A DNA stretch of 64,000 nt from an uncultured Holophagae bacterium (GTDB lineage: Bacteria > Acidobacteriota > Thermoanaerobaculia > Thermoanaerobaculales > Sulfomarinibacteraceae), in the NCBI GenBank assembly GCA_963797055.1, contig CAWCOD010000011.1, positions 37,538 to 101,537 on the forward strand, read 5' to 3'. Below the pieces are notes generated by a model. That model saw only the letters and a list, made by a program, of their open reading frames with translations. It was not told the origin of the DNA and did not search any database. A program made the translations under genes and the position numbers. Positions 20,675 to 30,766 of the stretch are shown piece by piece (the first letter of the stretch is position 1; each line of letters begins with the position of its first letter).

Positions 20675-21462
20675 CGATAGCTCTCCTCATCAGATGGAAA
20701 ACCGCCGTCCTTCACGTCGCCGTCATAGCGGTCCAGTGCGTTGCGGATCAGGTCGAATCCGTCCAACCAGGTGCGCAGGAACTTCGGTCGGAAGTCCGGC
20801 TGCAGACCGAGCATGTCGTGCAGCACCAGCACTTGGCCCGATGTCATCGGACCGGCGCCGATGCCGATGGTGGGAATGGACAACGACTGGGTGATCGTCC
20901 CGGCGAGTTCCGACGGCACCATCTCGAGGACCACGGCGAAACAGCCCGCCTCCTCCAACCGTCGCGCGTCGTCGGCCACCTTGCGGGCGGCCTCCTCGTT
21001 GCGACCCTGAACCTTGAATCCGCCCAGCTTGTGAACCGACTGCGGGGTCAATCCCAAGTGGCCCATGACGTCGACCCCGGAGTCGACGATATGTCTGATG
21101 GTTTCCACTGTGCCGTCCGCACCTTCGATCTTGACCGCTTGAGCCCCCGACCGCACCAGCCGCTCCACCGCCGTCATGGTGTGATCGAGGCCGTGGCGAT
21201 GGGCGAGGAACGGCATGTCCACCACAACCAGCTTTTCCGGCGCCCCCCGCCGTACGGCCGAGGCGTGGAAACACATCATGTCGACATCGGCGGGAATGGT
21301 GGTCTCGTGGCCGTGCATCACCATGGCCGCGCTGTCGCCGACGAGAATCGCGTCCACCCGGCTCGCGGCGACGGCACGCGCTGACCAGTAGTCGTAACAG
21401 GTGACCATGGATATGGTTCGACCGGCCGAACGGGCGGCCGCCATTTCTGCGGAGCTCTTCAT
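20671..21462 (-). CDS. panB: 3-methyl-2-oxobutanoate hydroxymethyltransferase
   Basis: ILVGDS, VDMPF, VKIEG, GHLGLTPQ, IGIGAG..GQVLV. Confidence 0.97.
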   Translation of the reverse strand: MKSSAEMAAARSAGRTISMVTCYDYWSARAVAASRVDAILVGDSAAMVMHGHETTIPADVDMMCFHASAVRRGAPEKLVVVDMPFLAHRHGLDHTMTAVERLVRSGAQAVKIEGADGTVETIRHIVDSGVDVMGHLGLTPQSVHKLGGFKVQGRNEEAARKVADDARRLEEAGCFAVVLEMVPSELAGTITQSLSIPTIGIGAGPMTSGQVLVLHDMLGLQPDFRPKFLRTWLDGFDLIRNALDRYDGDVKDGGFPSDEESYR

Positions 21463-22190
21463 CTTCGCCTCCGTCTGACGTCGGCCTGATGGGCCGCCAC
21501 GAAGGCCCTGTAGACGCCGCTGAAATCGTCACCGGCAAGCGCCTCGAGATGGTGGGCAACGGTCCGTCCATCACCACGGGCAAGGGGCCCGGTGAGAGGA
21601 GATGCAGAGTTTTTCAGGTTGTCGGCAACCCGATCCAGGTAGGGGAAGAGCGCGCTGCGGGGCAGGCCGAGGCGCTGTTCGAAATCACCGAACGCCTTGT
21701 GCCAAAGCAGCGTGGTGAAGTTGCCCGCGATCGTACACAGCGCATGATACAGGGGCTTGTCTTCGGGATCGATCTCGAAGCTCGGGTTGGCGAGCTCCGG
21801 AAAGATCTCCCGGAACGGGGGCCGACCTCTCTCGCAGACGAAAAACATCTCGCGGTAGGCCTGGTGGTCATAAAGCTCATCCGAGAAGGTCATCAGTGGG
21901 TGAACGCCAGCAGCCGTGGTGGTCACCAGGCTGCCCGAAAAGTGGATCCAGGGAGGGTCGTCCGGACGGGCATTGTGGTCGAGAAACCCCTCGATGGCGT
22001 CATCCGAGATCAGCAGCAGAACTGCTCGGGCACCGATGACGGCCTTTCGCAAGGGCACGTCCATCGATCGCTGCCATCGTCTCCAGGCGATCGACTCGAG
22101 GTCGAAATAGTGGCCGAGGTGGCGGGAGAGTCGTCCCGCGCCGATCAGGAGGTAGGGGCCAGAGGCCTCGGAAATGGGAGAGCCAACCAT
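21459..22190 (-). CDS. Rossmann-like/DUF2520 protein (PanG-type putative ketopantoate reductase)
   Basis: IGAGRL, HFSGS, HPLMTF, YHALC..GNF, LTGPLARGD. First gene of the pan operon. Confidence 0.85.
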   Translation of the reverse strand: MVGSPISEASGPYLLIGAGRLSRHLGHYFDLESIAWRRWQRSMDVPLRKAVIGARAVLLLISDDAIEGFLDHNARPDDPPWIHFSGSLVTTTAAGVHPLMTFSDELYDHQAYREMFFVCERGRPPFREIFPELANPSFEIDPEDKPLYHALCTIAGNFTTLLWHKAFGDFEQRLGLPRSALFPYLDRVADNLKNSASPLTGPLARGDGRTVAHHLEALAGDDFSGVYRAFVAAHQADVRRRRR

Positions 22191-22193
22191 TGG

Positions 22194-22280
22194 TACCTGT
22201 CCTTTGGATCAAGTCCGGTCAGAATCGTGAGGGTCGCGTGCCGGCTGCCGTGGGGTTGCTGTCCCACACGGGATCAACAC
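22194..22280 (-). ncRNA. Candidate pan-motif-like cis-regulatory leader RNA
   Basis: Two hairpins in the 5' UTR. The second, CUGACCGGA-cuuga-UCCAAAGGACAG, has bulged As and covers the RBS region. Confidence 0.45.
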
Positions 22281-22342
22281 CACCACCGAGCAGTGTAGGG
22301 GTTCTCACACCACAAGGCAATTCGAGCGGGTGTGGAGGATGT

Positions 22343-22443
22343 AGACGTTGAACGTTGTAAGTTGAACGTTCAACGTTGGGTTCATCCGGATTTCCGTGAG
22401 ATGGACAGTGGTTGAATTTGAAATGTGAAATGAGGAGTGAATG
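22343..22443. repeat. 7-mer tandem tracts (AACGTTG; GAAATGT)
   Basis: acgttgaacgttgtaagttgaacgttcaacgtt and ttgaatttgaaatgtgaaatgagg. Confidence 0.65.
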
Positions 22444-22540
22444 TGCCATCGCGCCGCAGCAATGTGCGGTTCTGGAGCCTACCAGCGGTAGGCCCAGCGC
22501 CAGCGGCGGGGGACAGCGATCAGCGGCAGGTTGATTCCGA

Positions 22541-22666
22541 CGCGCCCATCTCCCCTGTGCGCTCCCCGAGGTTACGCGCGGCCTTCCGGCTCCGCCCTCC
22601 AGCCTTCGCCGTGACAAGCCGGCCGCGGTGACCAGCCGTCACCAGCGAGTGACCAGTGGCCGGGTC
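22541..22666. repeat. Composite repeat (filled form), overlapping the 3' end of the membrane-protein gene
   Basis: Near-identical to 25191-25282 plus an inserted module. Confidence 0.88.
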
Positions 22667-23676
22667 TCGCGACGCAGTAACTTCCCATCACGGCTGGGTA
22701 TGGCAATCAGCAATATGGTCAGCCCCGCAAAAAACAGGCTGTCGAGGACGTGTTCGAAATAGTGGGAGCCGAGCAGATAGGCGATGCTCAATTCGCCGCC
22801 TTTGGCAAAATCCGGGTGCTGGGCCAGCGACCCCACGTCGTTCGCCAGGGAGACCACCACCTGATACCCGCAGCCGATCACCAACAACACCGCCGCCGCG
22901 GCCAAAGCCAGATCGGGGGCGCTGACGGACCTCCGGCGAACCCCCGAAGGTTGTTCCCAGGCCAACAACAGGGCCGCGGGAAGCGGATAGTAGGTGAGCG
23001 GGAAGGTGGCGAGCTCGCGCACCGAGTGGGCCAGGTACCTGGGATCTCGCCACACCTCGGCCACCGCCACCAGGGGATTGGTGTTGACCAACCACGTGAT
23101 CGCCGCGGCTACACCCGCCGCTGCCACCAACCAAACCAGACCCCGTCGGCTCCAGACGACCGGTCGACCGAAGAAGGTCCGCGCGATCCACACCGTCACC
23201 GGGATCAGCAAGAACTGCAGCACGGTGCTCGGCAGATGGAGATTCCACGACCCACCCTCCACCAGGAGATCGGGCCGCTGTTTGTTCTGTCGAATGAAAT
23301 CGAGGGTGTCATCGAGTCCGAAATGGCCGACGGAAATAACGACTGAAGCCAACAACAACAGAATCACGAAGGCGGCCACAGCCGCAGTACAACGACCTTT
23401 GATGACGGGTTCAGGCACCGGGGTCATGGTCAGCCAACAGCCAGTGAACAGCAGGGCGATGGTGATCAAGACCGGCACATGCCCAAGGAAATGCGAAGCG
23501 TAAAGGGTGTTCTCGAGCAGCGTGTAGCGGCCGCTTTCGTGGACTACGGTGGTCCACAGAAACAGCCTGCCGTGATAAGCCGCCAGATAGAGATAGGACA
23601 GGGCGTAGGTCATCAGCGGCACCAGAAGCAGGAATCGAGGATCGCAGACGACCTGTTTCTTGCCCACCGACCTCAC
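22639..23676 (-). CDS. Multi-pass membrane protein of unknown function
   Basis: About seven hydrophobic segments with conserved-looking polar loops (HFLGH, GSWNLH, HSVRE, HYFEH). Coupled to the upstream oxidoreductase. Confidence 0.8.
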   Translation of the reverse strand: MRSVGKKQVVCDPRFLLLVPLMTYALSYLYLAAYHGRLFLWTTVVHESGRYTLLENTLYASHFLGHVPVLITIALLFTGCWLTMTPVPEPVIKGRCTAAVAAFVILLLLASVVISVGHFGLDDTLDFIRQNKQRPDLLVEGGSWNLHLPSTVLQFLLIPVTVWIARTFFGRPVVWSRRGLVWLVAAAGVAAAITWLVNTNPLVAVAEVWRDPRYLAHSVRELATFPLTYYPLPAALLLAWEQPSGVRRRSVSAPDLALAAAAVLLVIGCGYQVVVSLANDVGSLAQHPDFAKGGELSIAYLLGSHYFEHVLDSLFFAGLTILLIAIPSRDGKLLRRETRPLVTRW

Positions 23677-25016
23677 AGGTCACGGTCCTCACTGGCGATC
23701 AGATCCACCGTCTCGAGGCCGAAGCGCATCATGTTGTGGATCCACCCGTAGACGAAACGACCGCTCCGGCCGGTCAGGTGCAAATTCCGGAATCGTCCGA
23801 GGTACCGGTTGATCTCGGCCACAGCAGCTTCGCATTTAACGTCGAGCACCGGGTACGCGTTGGGCAGTCTGTCCGTGACCCCGCCAATGACTTCCTCGGG
23901 CCGTACCCACCCGATTTCCAGGATCCTCGACCGCACCACATCGATGAGGGATTGGTCGTCGGCTCGCCAAATCTCCTCCTCTTCGTGACACGGAATCTCC
24001 ACAAGCAGGGAGGTCTTGCCCGGCGGGGCCATGTGGGTGCTGCGGTTTCTCGGCTCCGAAATCCGTGTGAACTCGAACTCCGAGGAGGGAAAGTAGACCG
24101 TCGCAGCCCGGGTCACCGACTCCCGATCAAGAAAGAGCACCACCAGCCGCACCTGGCGGTATCGAATCGAGTCGGCCAGCGCCAGCACCTCTGGTGGCGG
24201 TGGGGGATCGAGGATCCGCAGGGTCAAGGTCAAAGGGAGGCTGCTGACCACATCGCCCACCTCCACGCGCTCACGCCCGTTGACCTCCATACCGCGGATG
24301 AGACCGTCCTCGTGCCAGAGCCGGGTGATCCTGGAACCTGTTCTGACAGCGCCCTCGCCGCATGACGCGGCCAGCGCATCGGCGATGACGCCAATGCCCA
24401 TCCTTGGATAATAGAAGCGGCCCTCCACATGGCTCTTGGACCTTCCCCTCAGCAGAGACTCCGCGATGAAGGTGCGCAGGTCGAGACCGCTCAGCCGGTT
24501 GCCGGCCACAGTCGGGGAGAGCTCCTCGGCAGGGGCGCCCCACAGCTTCTCCGAGTAGTTGAAAAGAAACCGATCCGCAATGGTTCGGCCGTACTTGGCC
24601 AGGGCGAAACTCTCGAAATCACCCGGCCGACCCCCACCCCCGAAACGGGTTCGGAGCACCTCAACACCCGCCTTGGCAAAAGTCACCGGGCCGAGGTGAC
24701 CGAACAGCTGCACCGGCGACAGGGGAAACCGAATCAGGCGGCCGTCATCGTAGATCTGACTCGGAATGTCGATGGCGTGCAGCTCGTCACCCAGCAGATT
24801 CTGAATTTCTCGGGTGATCTCGGGATCACGGTCGTGCATCCGGTGGGCCCCCGAGTCGTAACGAAAGTCGCCAACCCGGCGGGTGGCGCAGTTGCCGCCC
24901 ACCCTGTCGCCGGCCTCAAAAATCGTAGCCCTCAGCCCTCGTTTTCGAGCGTAGTATCCCACTGCGAGCCCGGCCGGGCCGCCGCCGAGGACCGTGATGT
25001 GGGACCGATGCAACAT
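23673..25016 (-). CDS. FAD-dependent oxidoreductase (protoporphyrinogen oxidase / UDP-galactopyranose mutase-like family)
   Basis: LGGGPAGL, RVGG, DSGAHR, YSEKLWG, FYYPRMG, AYPV, GRSGRF. The ORF-track N-terminal extension is repeat-derived. Confidence 0.88.
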   Translation of the reverse strand: MLHRSHITVLGGGPAGLAVGYYARKRGLRATIFEAGDRVGGNCATRRVGDFRYDSGAHRMHDRDPEITREIQNLLGDELHAIDIPSQIYDDGRLIRFPLSPVQLFGHLGPVTFAKAGVEVLRTRFGGGGRPGDFESFALAKYGRTIADRFLFNYSEKLWGAPAEELSPTVAGNRLSGLDLRTFIAESLLRGRSKSHVEGRFYYPRMGIGVIADALAASCGEGAVRTGSRITRLWHEDGLIRGMEVNGRERVEVGDVVSSLPLTLTLRILDPPPPPEVLALADSIRYRQVRLVVLFLDRESVTRAATVYFPSSEFEFTRISEPRNRSTHMAPPGKTSLLVEIPCHEEEEIWRADDQSLIDVVRSRILEIGWVRPEEVIGGVTDRLPNAYPVLDVKCEAAVAEINRYLGRFRNLHLTGRSGRFVYGWIHNMMRFGLETVDLIASEDRDL

Positions 25017-25074
25017 GGCCCCCGGACTGTAGGGAGTATGGCCTCTGGCGTCAAACTGGGAAGTTGCTCGCGTT

Positions 25075-25430
25075 CCGATCTCCATGTCGGTGCCAGGCAC
25101 CGGCGCAGATGTATCGACCTCGTACTGCGATTCGATTTCGACGGTGCCTGGCACCGGGTGAGCGCGTTCGCTTCGATTCGTCGAACCCAACGCGCCGATT
25201 CTCCCTGTGCGCTCCCCGAGGTGACTCGCGGCCTCCGGCCGCGGTGACCAGCCGTCACCAGCGAGTGGCCAGTGGCCGGGTCACCTCCCACCACAACCCT
25301 CCCGGCCCAGGCCACAATCGCTGCCGCCGGCAGGTTGCCCCCTTGAACAATGTTGGGACTCAAGGCGCTGAATGACTCATTTTGTGAGCCCCAGCATTTT
25401 AAAAGACGGCACGCCCGTTCGTCGCGCCCT
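25075..25430. repeat. Composite intergenic repeat (paired GGTGCCWGGCACC, GCGCTCCCC, GGTGACCAGCCGTCACC and co-varying hairpin modules)
   Basis: Largely an inverted counterpart of 43255-43625. Confidence 0.9.
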
Positions 25431-25496
25431 CTCCCTCCACGCAAAGGGACGGTCAGCCCACGGCTCAGTGCTCCCTGAACGTGGGGTGCGGCTAAC

Positions 25497-28106
25497 ATGG
25501 ACGCCAACATGGATCGCGACGACCCATTGCACGAAAGCCCACCCGACTTGCCATTCGCCGGCCGGGTCGCGCTGGCTTTCGGCGGGCTGATCCTGGTCTT
25601 CTGCGCCAGTCTTCTCGCCGCAGCGACGGTAGCCCTTTGGATCGGCACCCCTCCGTGGCCTGAGTCCACCCCCCTTGCCGCCCTGTTCACCTCGGTCGCG
25701 GCGATCGTCTGGGCGCGACGCATCTCTCCCAAACGGTCAATGGCCACTGCCGCCCTGCTCCTCGCGGGATCGGGCCTCACCATTGTTTCAAGCGCCGCGG
25801 TGGGAGGTGCCATTCTCGACACCAGCTTCGACGGCCAGTGGTACCACCAGGAGGCGGTCCTCAAGATCGTCGAGGGCTGGAACCCTATCCGATCGGAGTT
25901 GATGCTCGACGAATACCCCGACAACCGGGTTCGAAGGCAGGTCAACGGCTACCCCAAGGCATCCTGGCTGTGGGGTGCCGCGCTGGTCGGCTTGACCCAC
26001 CACATGGAGCACGCCAAGGCGCTGTCGATTCCGCTGATGGTAGCAGCAGCGACGATGGCCTTCGCCGCGTTGCTCGGGCTCGGACGGATTCCATGGTGGC
26101 TCGCCCTGGGCACGGCGGTGGCCGCGGCCGCCAACCCGGTGGCCATCACCCAGACACTCAATACCCAGCTCGACGGTGATCTCGCTTCGCTGCAGCTGTT
26201 GGCGGTGTCCTCGCTCATCATCTGCGGACGGACCCGCTGTCGGCGCGGAGTCGTCGTTCTCGCCCTCGCCGTCGCCGTCGGCGTCAACCTCAAGCTCACC
26301 GCCCCCGCCTACTTCATGATGCTCTTGGCCGGCGGCATGCTCGGGTTGATCCTCGTCGGTCCGCGACAGGTCCTTCGCCGTCTTATGGCTGTGTCAGCGG
26401 TGGCATTCATCATCGGTATGGCGGTGGTCGGCTTTCACCCTTATGTCACCAACACCATCCGACACGGTCACCCGCTCTACCCGGTCATGGGTCCCGAGAA
26501 GTTCATTCTCGTTTCACAGGCCGAAACCAACAGGGCCGTTTTGCTTTTTCGATCGGTCTTCTCGCCGTCACGTCAATTCGCTCGCGAAGCGGATGTGGAC
26601 CACGTCCTGATGGACAACCCCCTCAAGCTTCCGTTCACGGTGACGCAATCAGAGGTCAGGGTCTTTCTGATGCCCGATGTACGGGCCGGCGGCTGGGGTC
26701 CGCTCTTCGGCGGGCTGTGCCTTCTGGCGGTGGCGGGCCTGGCCGCCGCCGGCCTGCGGGGCATCCGCTGGCTGGTCCTGGGTCTCGCCATCACACTGCC
26801 CATATTGGTCTCCGTACTGATCATGCCCCACCCGTGGTTTGCGCGGTTCGCCCCTCAGGGGTGGCTGCTGCCGGTGGTGATCATCCCGTTGGCATGGGCT
26901 GCAGGCGGGAGACTGCCGCGGGTTCTTTCGGTGCTCGCCGCCGGCACCGCCCTGGTCAATGCCGCGATCGTGACAACCGGCTACCTTCCCGCAACGGTCC
27001 GGCATTCAGCCCTCATCGAAACCCGCCTCGACGAACTCCGTCTCCTGGGCCAGCCCCTCGTGCTGAATCTCATGCCCTTCCCCTCCAACCGCGCCCGTCT
27101 TGCTGAGATGGGCATCGCCTTTGAGGACGTCCGGGACCCGAGCTATATGCTCCAGCTGGTGCTGGGCAGATTCCAACCCCGGCTGACCGGCGCAGTGGCG
27201 GATGTTGACCGCGGAGTCCTCGATATCAAATGGATCGAGGTGCCCCAGGCAACCCACTACCAGGTGGTGATTTTACTCTCGCCTCCCGCCGGACCGGGAG
27301 GAGGAGCCCTGTCGGTGGTGCAACGATCGTTCACCGGCTCCAGCGCCGCCGTCCCCGTGGGCAACGGCGAATTCCGGGTCCTGCTCAGCCCGTGCAACAG
27401 CGTGGGCTGCGGCCCGCCAGTTGTCTCCGAGCCCATGGCCGTCTCAGGGGTCCGACGGTCGCTGCCGCTGATCGGCTCTCCTGAGGACGGCACCGCGGTC
27501 GCCGGGCCACGGGTCGTGCTGTCATGGCTGCCGGCCGAGGATGGGATCGCGACCGATGAGGACATACCTCCCACACCCACCTACAGAGTCGAGGTGAAGG
27601 AAGCTCGCACCGGCGAGGTCGTCGTCACCGGATCCACCGAGGGGGTCTCGTACCCCGTCCACCTCGTACCGGGCGGAGAGTGGATCGCACGGATCGAAGT
27701 CGTCGATTCGGAGCCGCTCAGGCAGTCCGGGACGGTCTTTTTCTACACCTCGGAACAGACGGCGCCGGAAATCGTCCAACCCGCGGCGCGCAGCGCCCTC
27801 GTGGAGGGGGAGATCGAGTTGCAGTGGTCCGGCGTCACCGGTGCCTGCGGCTACGAGTACTTCGTGACTGTTCCCGGTCGCCGCCGGCCCACGGCGAGCG
27901 GCACCACGATCTCCACCACTCGGCGGATCATCGTCACTGCGAGTGAGGCCGGTCCAACCACCTACCACGCCATCGTTCGAGCCAGGTTCTGCGATGAAGG
28001 CAGCGACGCGATGGAATTCTGGGGCCCATGGTCCTCAGAGGTCGGTTTCGGTCCGGCGGAGTTTACGGCCCTTCCGGCGGATGCGCCGGCACCATCGTCT
28101 CGATGA
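25497..28106 (+). CDS. Polytopic membrane protein (GT-C glycosyltransferase-like) with C-terminal fibronectin-III-like domains
   Basis: More than 10 TMs; loop DTSFDGQWYH..GWNP, GYPK; beta-rich repeats (IKW..ATHYQV, LSW..TYRVEV, LQWSGV..YEY). Confidence 0.7.
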   Translation: MDANMDRDDPLHESPPDLPFAGRVALAFGGLILVFCASLLAAATVALWIGTPPWPESTPLAALFTSVAAIVWARRISPKRSMATAALLLAGSGLTIVSSAAVGGAILDTSFDGQWYHQEAVLKIVEGWNPIRSELMLDEYPDNRVRRQVNGYPKASWLWGAALVGLTHHMEHAKALSIPLMVAAATMAFAALLGLGRIPWWLALGTAVAAAANPVAITQTLNTQLDGDLASLQLLAVSSLIICGRTRCRRGVVVLALAVAVGVNLKLTAPAYFMMLLAGGMLGLILVGPRQVLRRLMAVSAVAFIIGMAVVGFHPYVTNTIRHGHPLYPVMGPEKFILVSQAETNRAVLLFRSVFSPSRQFAREADVDHVLMDNPLKLPFTVTQSEVRVFLMPDVRAGGWGPLFGGLCLLAVAGLAAAGLRGIRWLVLGLAITLPILVSVLIMPHPWFARFAPQGWLLPVVIIPLAWAAGGRLPRVLSVLAAGTALVNAAIVTTGYLPATVRHSALIETRLDELRLLGQPLVLNLMPFPSNRARLAEMGIAFEDVRDPSYMLQLVLGRFQPRLTGAVADVDRGVLDIKWIEVPQATHYQVVILLSPPAGPGGGALSVVQRSFTGSSAAVPVGNGEFRVLLSPCNSVGCGPPVVSEPMAVSGVRRSLPLIGSPEDGTAVAGPRVVLSWLPAEDGIATDEDIPPTPTYRVEVKEARTGEVVVTGSTEGVSYPVHLVPGGEWIARIEVVDSEPLRQSGTVFFYTSEQTAPEIVQPAARSALVEGEIELQWSGVTGACGYEYFVTVPGRRRPTASGTTISTTRRIIVTASEAGPTTYHAIVRARFCDEGSDAMEFWGPWSSEVGFGPAEFTALPADAPAPSSR

Positions 28107-28764
28107 TTGCCGCGGCCTCTTCGGCCGTGTCGACACAGCGCGGGATCGTTATGTCTTCCGGCTTGGCGTAGGGTGGGGCATGATCCACCATCCATCGCTC
28201 GGCCCAATCCAGTAACTCGGGCCACATGGACCCAACCAGGATCAGCGGCACGCCATCGAGATGCCCCACCTGAAGCAGTTGCCAGACCATCAGTACTTCG
28301 AGAGTCGTCCCGAGACCACCCGGCATCACGACGTAGGCGTTGGACATTCGAACGAATTGATGGAGCCGTGTGAAGAAGGTCCGGTGGGTGTAGACCTTCT
28401 CGACAAAGGGATTCGCTCCCTGTTCGAAGGGCAGCGCCACCCGGATTCCCACCGAATCCGTTTCGTCCGCCGGATCTCCGATCTGGGCCCCCTCGTTGGC
28501 GGCCTGCATCAGGCCGGGGCCGCCGCCGGTGATGATGTCGCAGCCGAGGGCAGACAAGCGAACCGCCAGACGGCGGACATCGTCATATTGTGGATCGCCC
28601 GTGGCAACCCTTGCGGAGCCGAATATCGTGACCCGAAATCGATCGTCGGGAGGGGGGATCCGCGCCAGCGTATTGGCCACCGACCACAGATCGAGGAGAG
28701 CTTCCTCCACCGTGTCGAGGCTGTCGCCCACCCTCGGCCGCCGAGCGTCGTCATTCGTCACCAT
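28063..28764 (-). CDS. LOG-family (Rossmann fold) nucleotide phosphoribohydrolase
   Basis: IFGSAR, TGGGPGLMQAANEGA, LPFEQ, PGGLGTTLE. Confidence 0.92.
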   Translation of the reverse strand: MVTNDDARRPRVGDSLDTVEEALLDLWSVANTLARIPPPDDRFRVTIFGSARVATGDPQYDDVRRLAVRLSALGCDIITGGGPGLMQAANEGAQIGDPADETDSVGIRVALPFEQGANPFVEKVYTHRTFFTRLHQFVRMSNAYVVMPGGLGTTLEVLMVWQLLQVGHLDGVPLILVGSMWPELLDWAERWMVDHAPPYAKPEDITIPRCVDTAEEAAAIIETMVPAHPPEGP

Positions 28765-28777
28765 TCCTCCATTCAGC

Positions 28778-30532
28778 TCAGAGGAGTGAGCCGTCCGTTA
28801 TTGCGCCCACCCGCACCTGAAGCGAGGCAACCTGCTCGGACAACTCGTTCAGTCGGTCGCGACGTTGTTCCAGGAGTTTGCGTTCGGCACGAACGAACCG
28901 ATCATAGGGTCCGATGGTCTCACGGATCCGGGCTCGGCTCTTTTCGGCCTCGGCGGCGAACTGCCCGGCCAGAGTCTTCATTAGCGAGCCCCTCATCTCT
29001 TCGATCTTTTCCGCGAGCTCGCGCTTGGCGCGACTCCGGCGATGGGGCAGTATGAAAAGGCCGAGCGCCGCCATCGTGCCGGCCGCCACGAGACCGGTGA
29101 CATCAGCCGCGGACCCCGAGGCGAGCAGCGCGATAGTTGCGCCGAGACTCACAGCCCCCACCTCCACCAGCGCCGTTCCGGCAATCGCCTTCTGGACCCC
29201 CTCGGCGATCCGTTGAGCCTCGGCGTGTCGGTCGTAACGACCGATGCCCTCCCGCGCGGTCCTGCCGATGGTATCGAGCAAACCCGCCCGGTTTGTCTCG
29301 AATCGGCTCGGCGCGTCGCCGACGATGCGGTCGGCGTGGGCCGATCGCCGCCGGTTGACGTGCTGGACGACGGACTGCCACTGGTTGAGGTCGCTTTCCA
29401 CCAACCAGTCGATGAGCTCGTCCACCTTCTTTTCGATCTGCTGCGGGGTTTCGCCGATCACGTCTCGCGCGAAATCGGCCCGCAGCCGTTCCGACTTGAG
29501 GAGGTCCGGGAGATTGCGCAACCGCACCCGGTCATCGAAGAACTCGGTGCCCCGCTTTTCCATGGCCAACAGCAAATTGTCCATGTCGGAAAGCCGGAAG
29601 CGGAACTCCCGGTCGATGTCCTCCGCGTAGGACTCGAGCTGACGGGTGATGTCGTCGATGGTTCTGAGGTCCTCTGAAAGCAACCCGAGCTGCTCCGCGG
29701 TCTGAGATTCGTACTGATCGAGGAGATTCGACGCCACCCCCAGCGGATTGCCGAGCTTCAGGGCGACGCGACCACTCTCGTCCAGCGTGTCGTGCAGATA
29801 GACCTCGAATTCCGGGAGGCCACTGGCCTGAAGGGCCTCAGCGTCGCCGCTGGCAGTTGCCAGCTCCGCCCGGCGAGCCGACAACGGGAACACCGGCGGT
29901 GTCATATCGAGCAGCTCGCGACTGTGGTCGGCGATGTAGGTCTCGACCTGCTCCACCTCTTCGCCGCTGATCAGAATGTCCACCTTGTTGAGGACCACGA
30001 CGACCTTCTTGCCCCACTGTCGGATGCGTTCGAGAAAGACGCGTTCGCTTTCTGAAAATGGACGATCGGCCGAGGTCACGAAGACCACCAGATCGGATCG
30101 CGGCACGAACTCGGCCGTGATGGCCTCGTGACGGCGGTCCAGGGCGTTGGTGCCAGGGGTGTCCACGATGGTGAGGTCGCGCAACAACGGTGCGGGGTAG
30201 GTCAGCTCTTCGGTGGCGTCGTCCACGGGCGTCCGGATCGTATCTTCGCCGAATCGAATCAGGTTGATCCGGGAGGTCGTCGGGGTGACTCCCTCATCGA
30301 GTAACGACTCACCCAGCAGGGCATTGATGAGGGCGCTCTTGCCGGCGTTGAACTCGCCCACCACCACCAGCAGGAAGAGTTCGTCGAGTTGTGAAATGGA
30401 GTTGCTCAGGGTCCTGAGATCTTCCGCGGCGACATCGCTCGCCACCAGGGTCTCCCGGACCTCCCCGAGGACCTTCCGCTCCTCGACCAACAGCTCGTGC
30501 TGGGCTTCGTCGAGAATCTGTTCGAGTGCCAT
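28778..30532 (-). CDS. Dynamin-like GTPase
   Basis: GEFNAGKS, PTT, DTPG, NKVD, helical stalk with a hydrophobic paddle. Confidence 0.9.
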   Translation of the reverse strand: MALEQILDEAQHELLVEERKVLGEVRETLVASDVAAEDLRTLSNSISQLDELFLLVVVGEFNAGKSALINALLGESLLDEGVTPTTSRINLIRFGEDTIRTPVDDATEELTYPAPLLRDLTIVDTPGTNALDRRHEAITAEFVPRSDLVVFVTSADRPFSESERVFLERIRQWGKKVVVVLNKVDILISGEEVEQVETYIADHSRELLDMTPPVFPLSARRAELATASGDAEALQASGLPEFEVYLHDTLDESGRVALKLGNPLGVASNLLDQYESQTAEQLGLLSEDLRTIDDITRQLESYAEDIDREFRFRLSDMDNLLLAMEKRGTEFFDDRVRLRNLPDLLKSERLRADFARDVIGETPQQIEKKVDELIDWLVESDLNQWQSVVQHVNRRRSAHADRIVGDAPSRFETNRAGLLDTIGRTAREGIGRYDRHAEAQRIAEGVQKAIAGTALVEVGAVSLGATIALLASGSAADVTGLVAAGTMAALGLFILPHRRSRAKRELAEKIEEMRGSLMKTLAGQFAAEAEKSRARIRETIGPYDRFVRAERKLLEQRRDRLNELSEQVASLQVRVGAITDGSLL

Positions 30533-30659
30533 GGGGCGTACATTAGCACGATGGCGGTGGTGTTGCCCGGCGCACGAACGGTCTCACGGCTCGAGCCGTG
30601 AGGGCAACACGCCCGAATGTCACCCTCCAGGCCACGTCAACCAAAGATCGTAGAAAGAA

Positions 30660-30748
30660 AAGCTGAATATTCATTTGAAATCTAGAAATATTTAAAATTT
30701 TTCAGAAAATTTCTTGACAAAACCTATTCTTTGAATTATTTTCAAATT
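30660..30748 (+). promoter_or_regulatory. AT-rich promoter of the ECF sigma gene with palindromic operator candidates
   Basis: TTGACA (30714)-17 nt-TATTTT. TTGAA-n5-TTCAA at 30731-30745 and TGAATATTCA at 30664-30673. Confidence 0.6.
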
Positions 30749-30766
30749 CAGCGAAAGGAGCACGAC

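Noticed and set aside
25017-25190. Shared peptides such as PVPGTVEIES, RCQAP and NVQRLTFNFQ in several small ORFs or N-terminal extensions
   Set aside because: Translations of the non-coding repeat modules, not a protein family.
28063-28106. 44-bp convergent overlap of two genes
   Set aside because: Short tail overlaps are common in GC-rich genomes.
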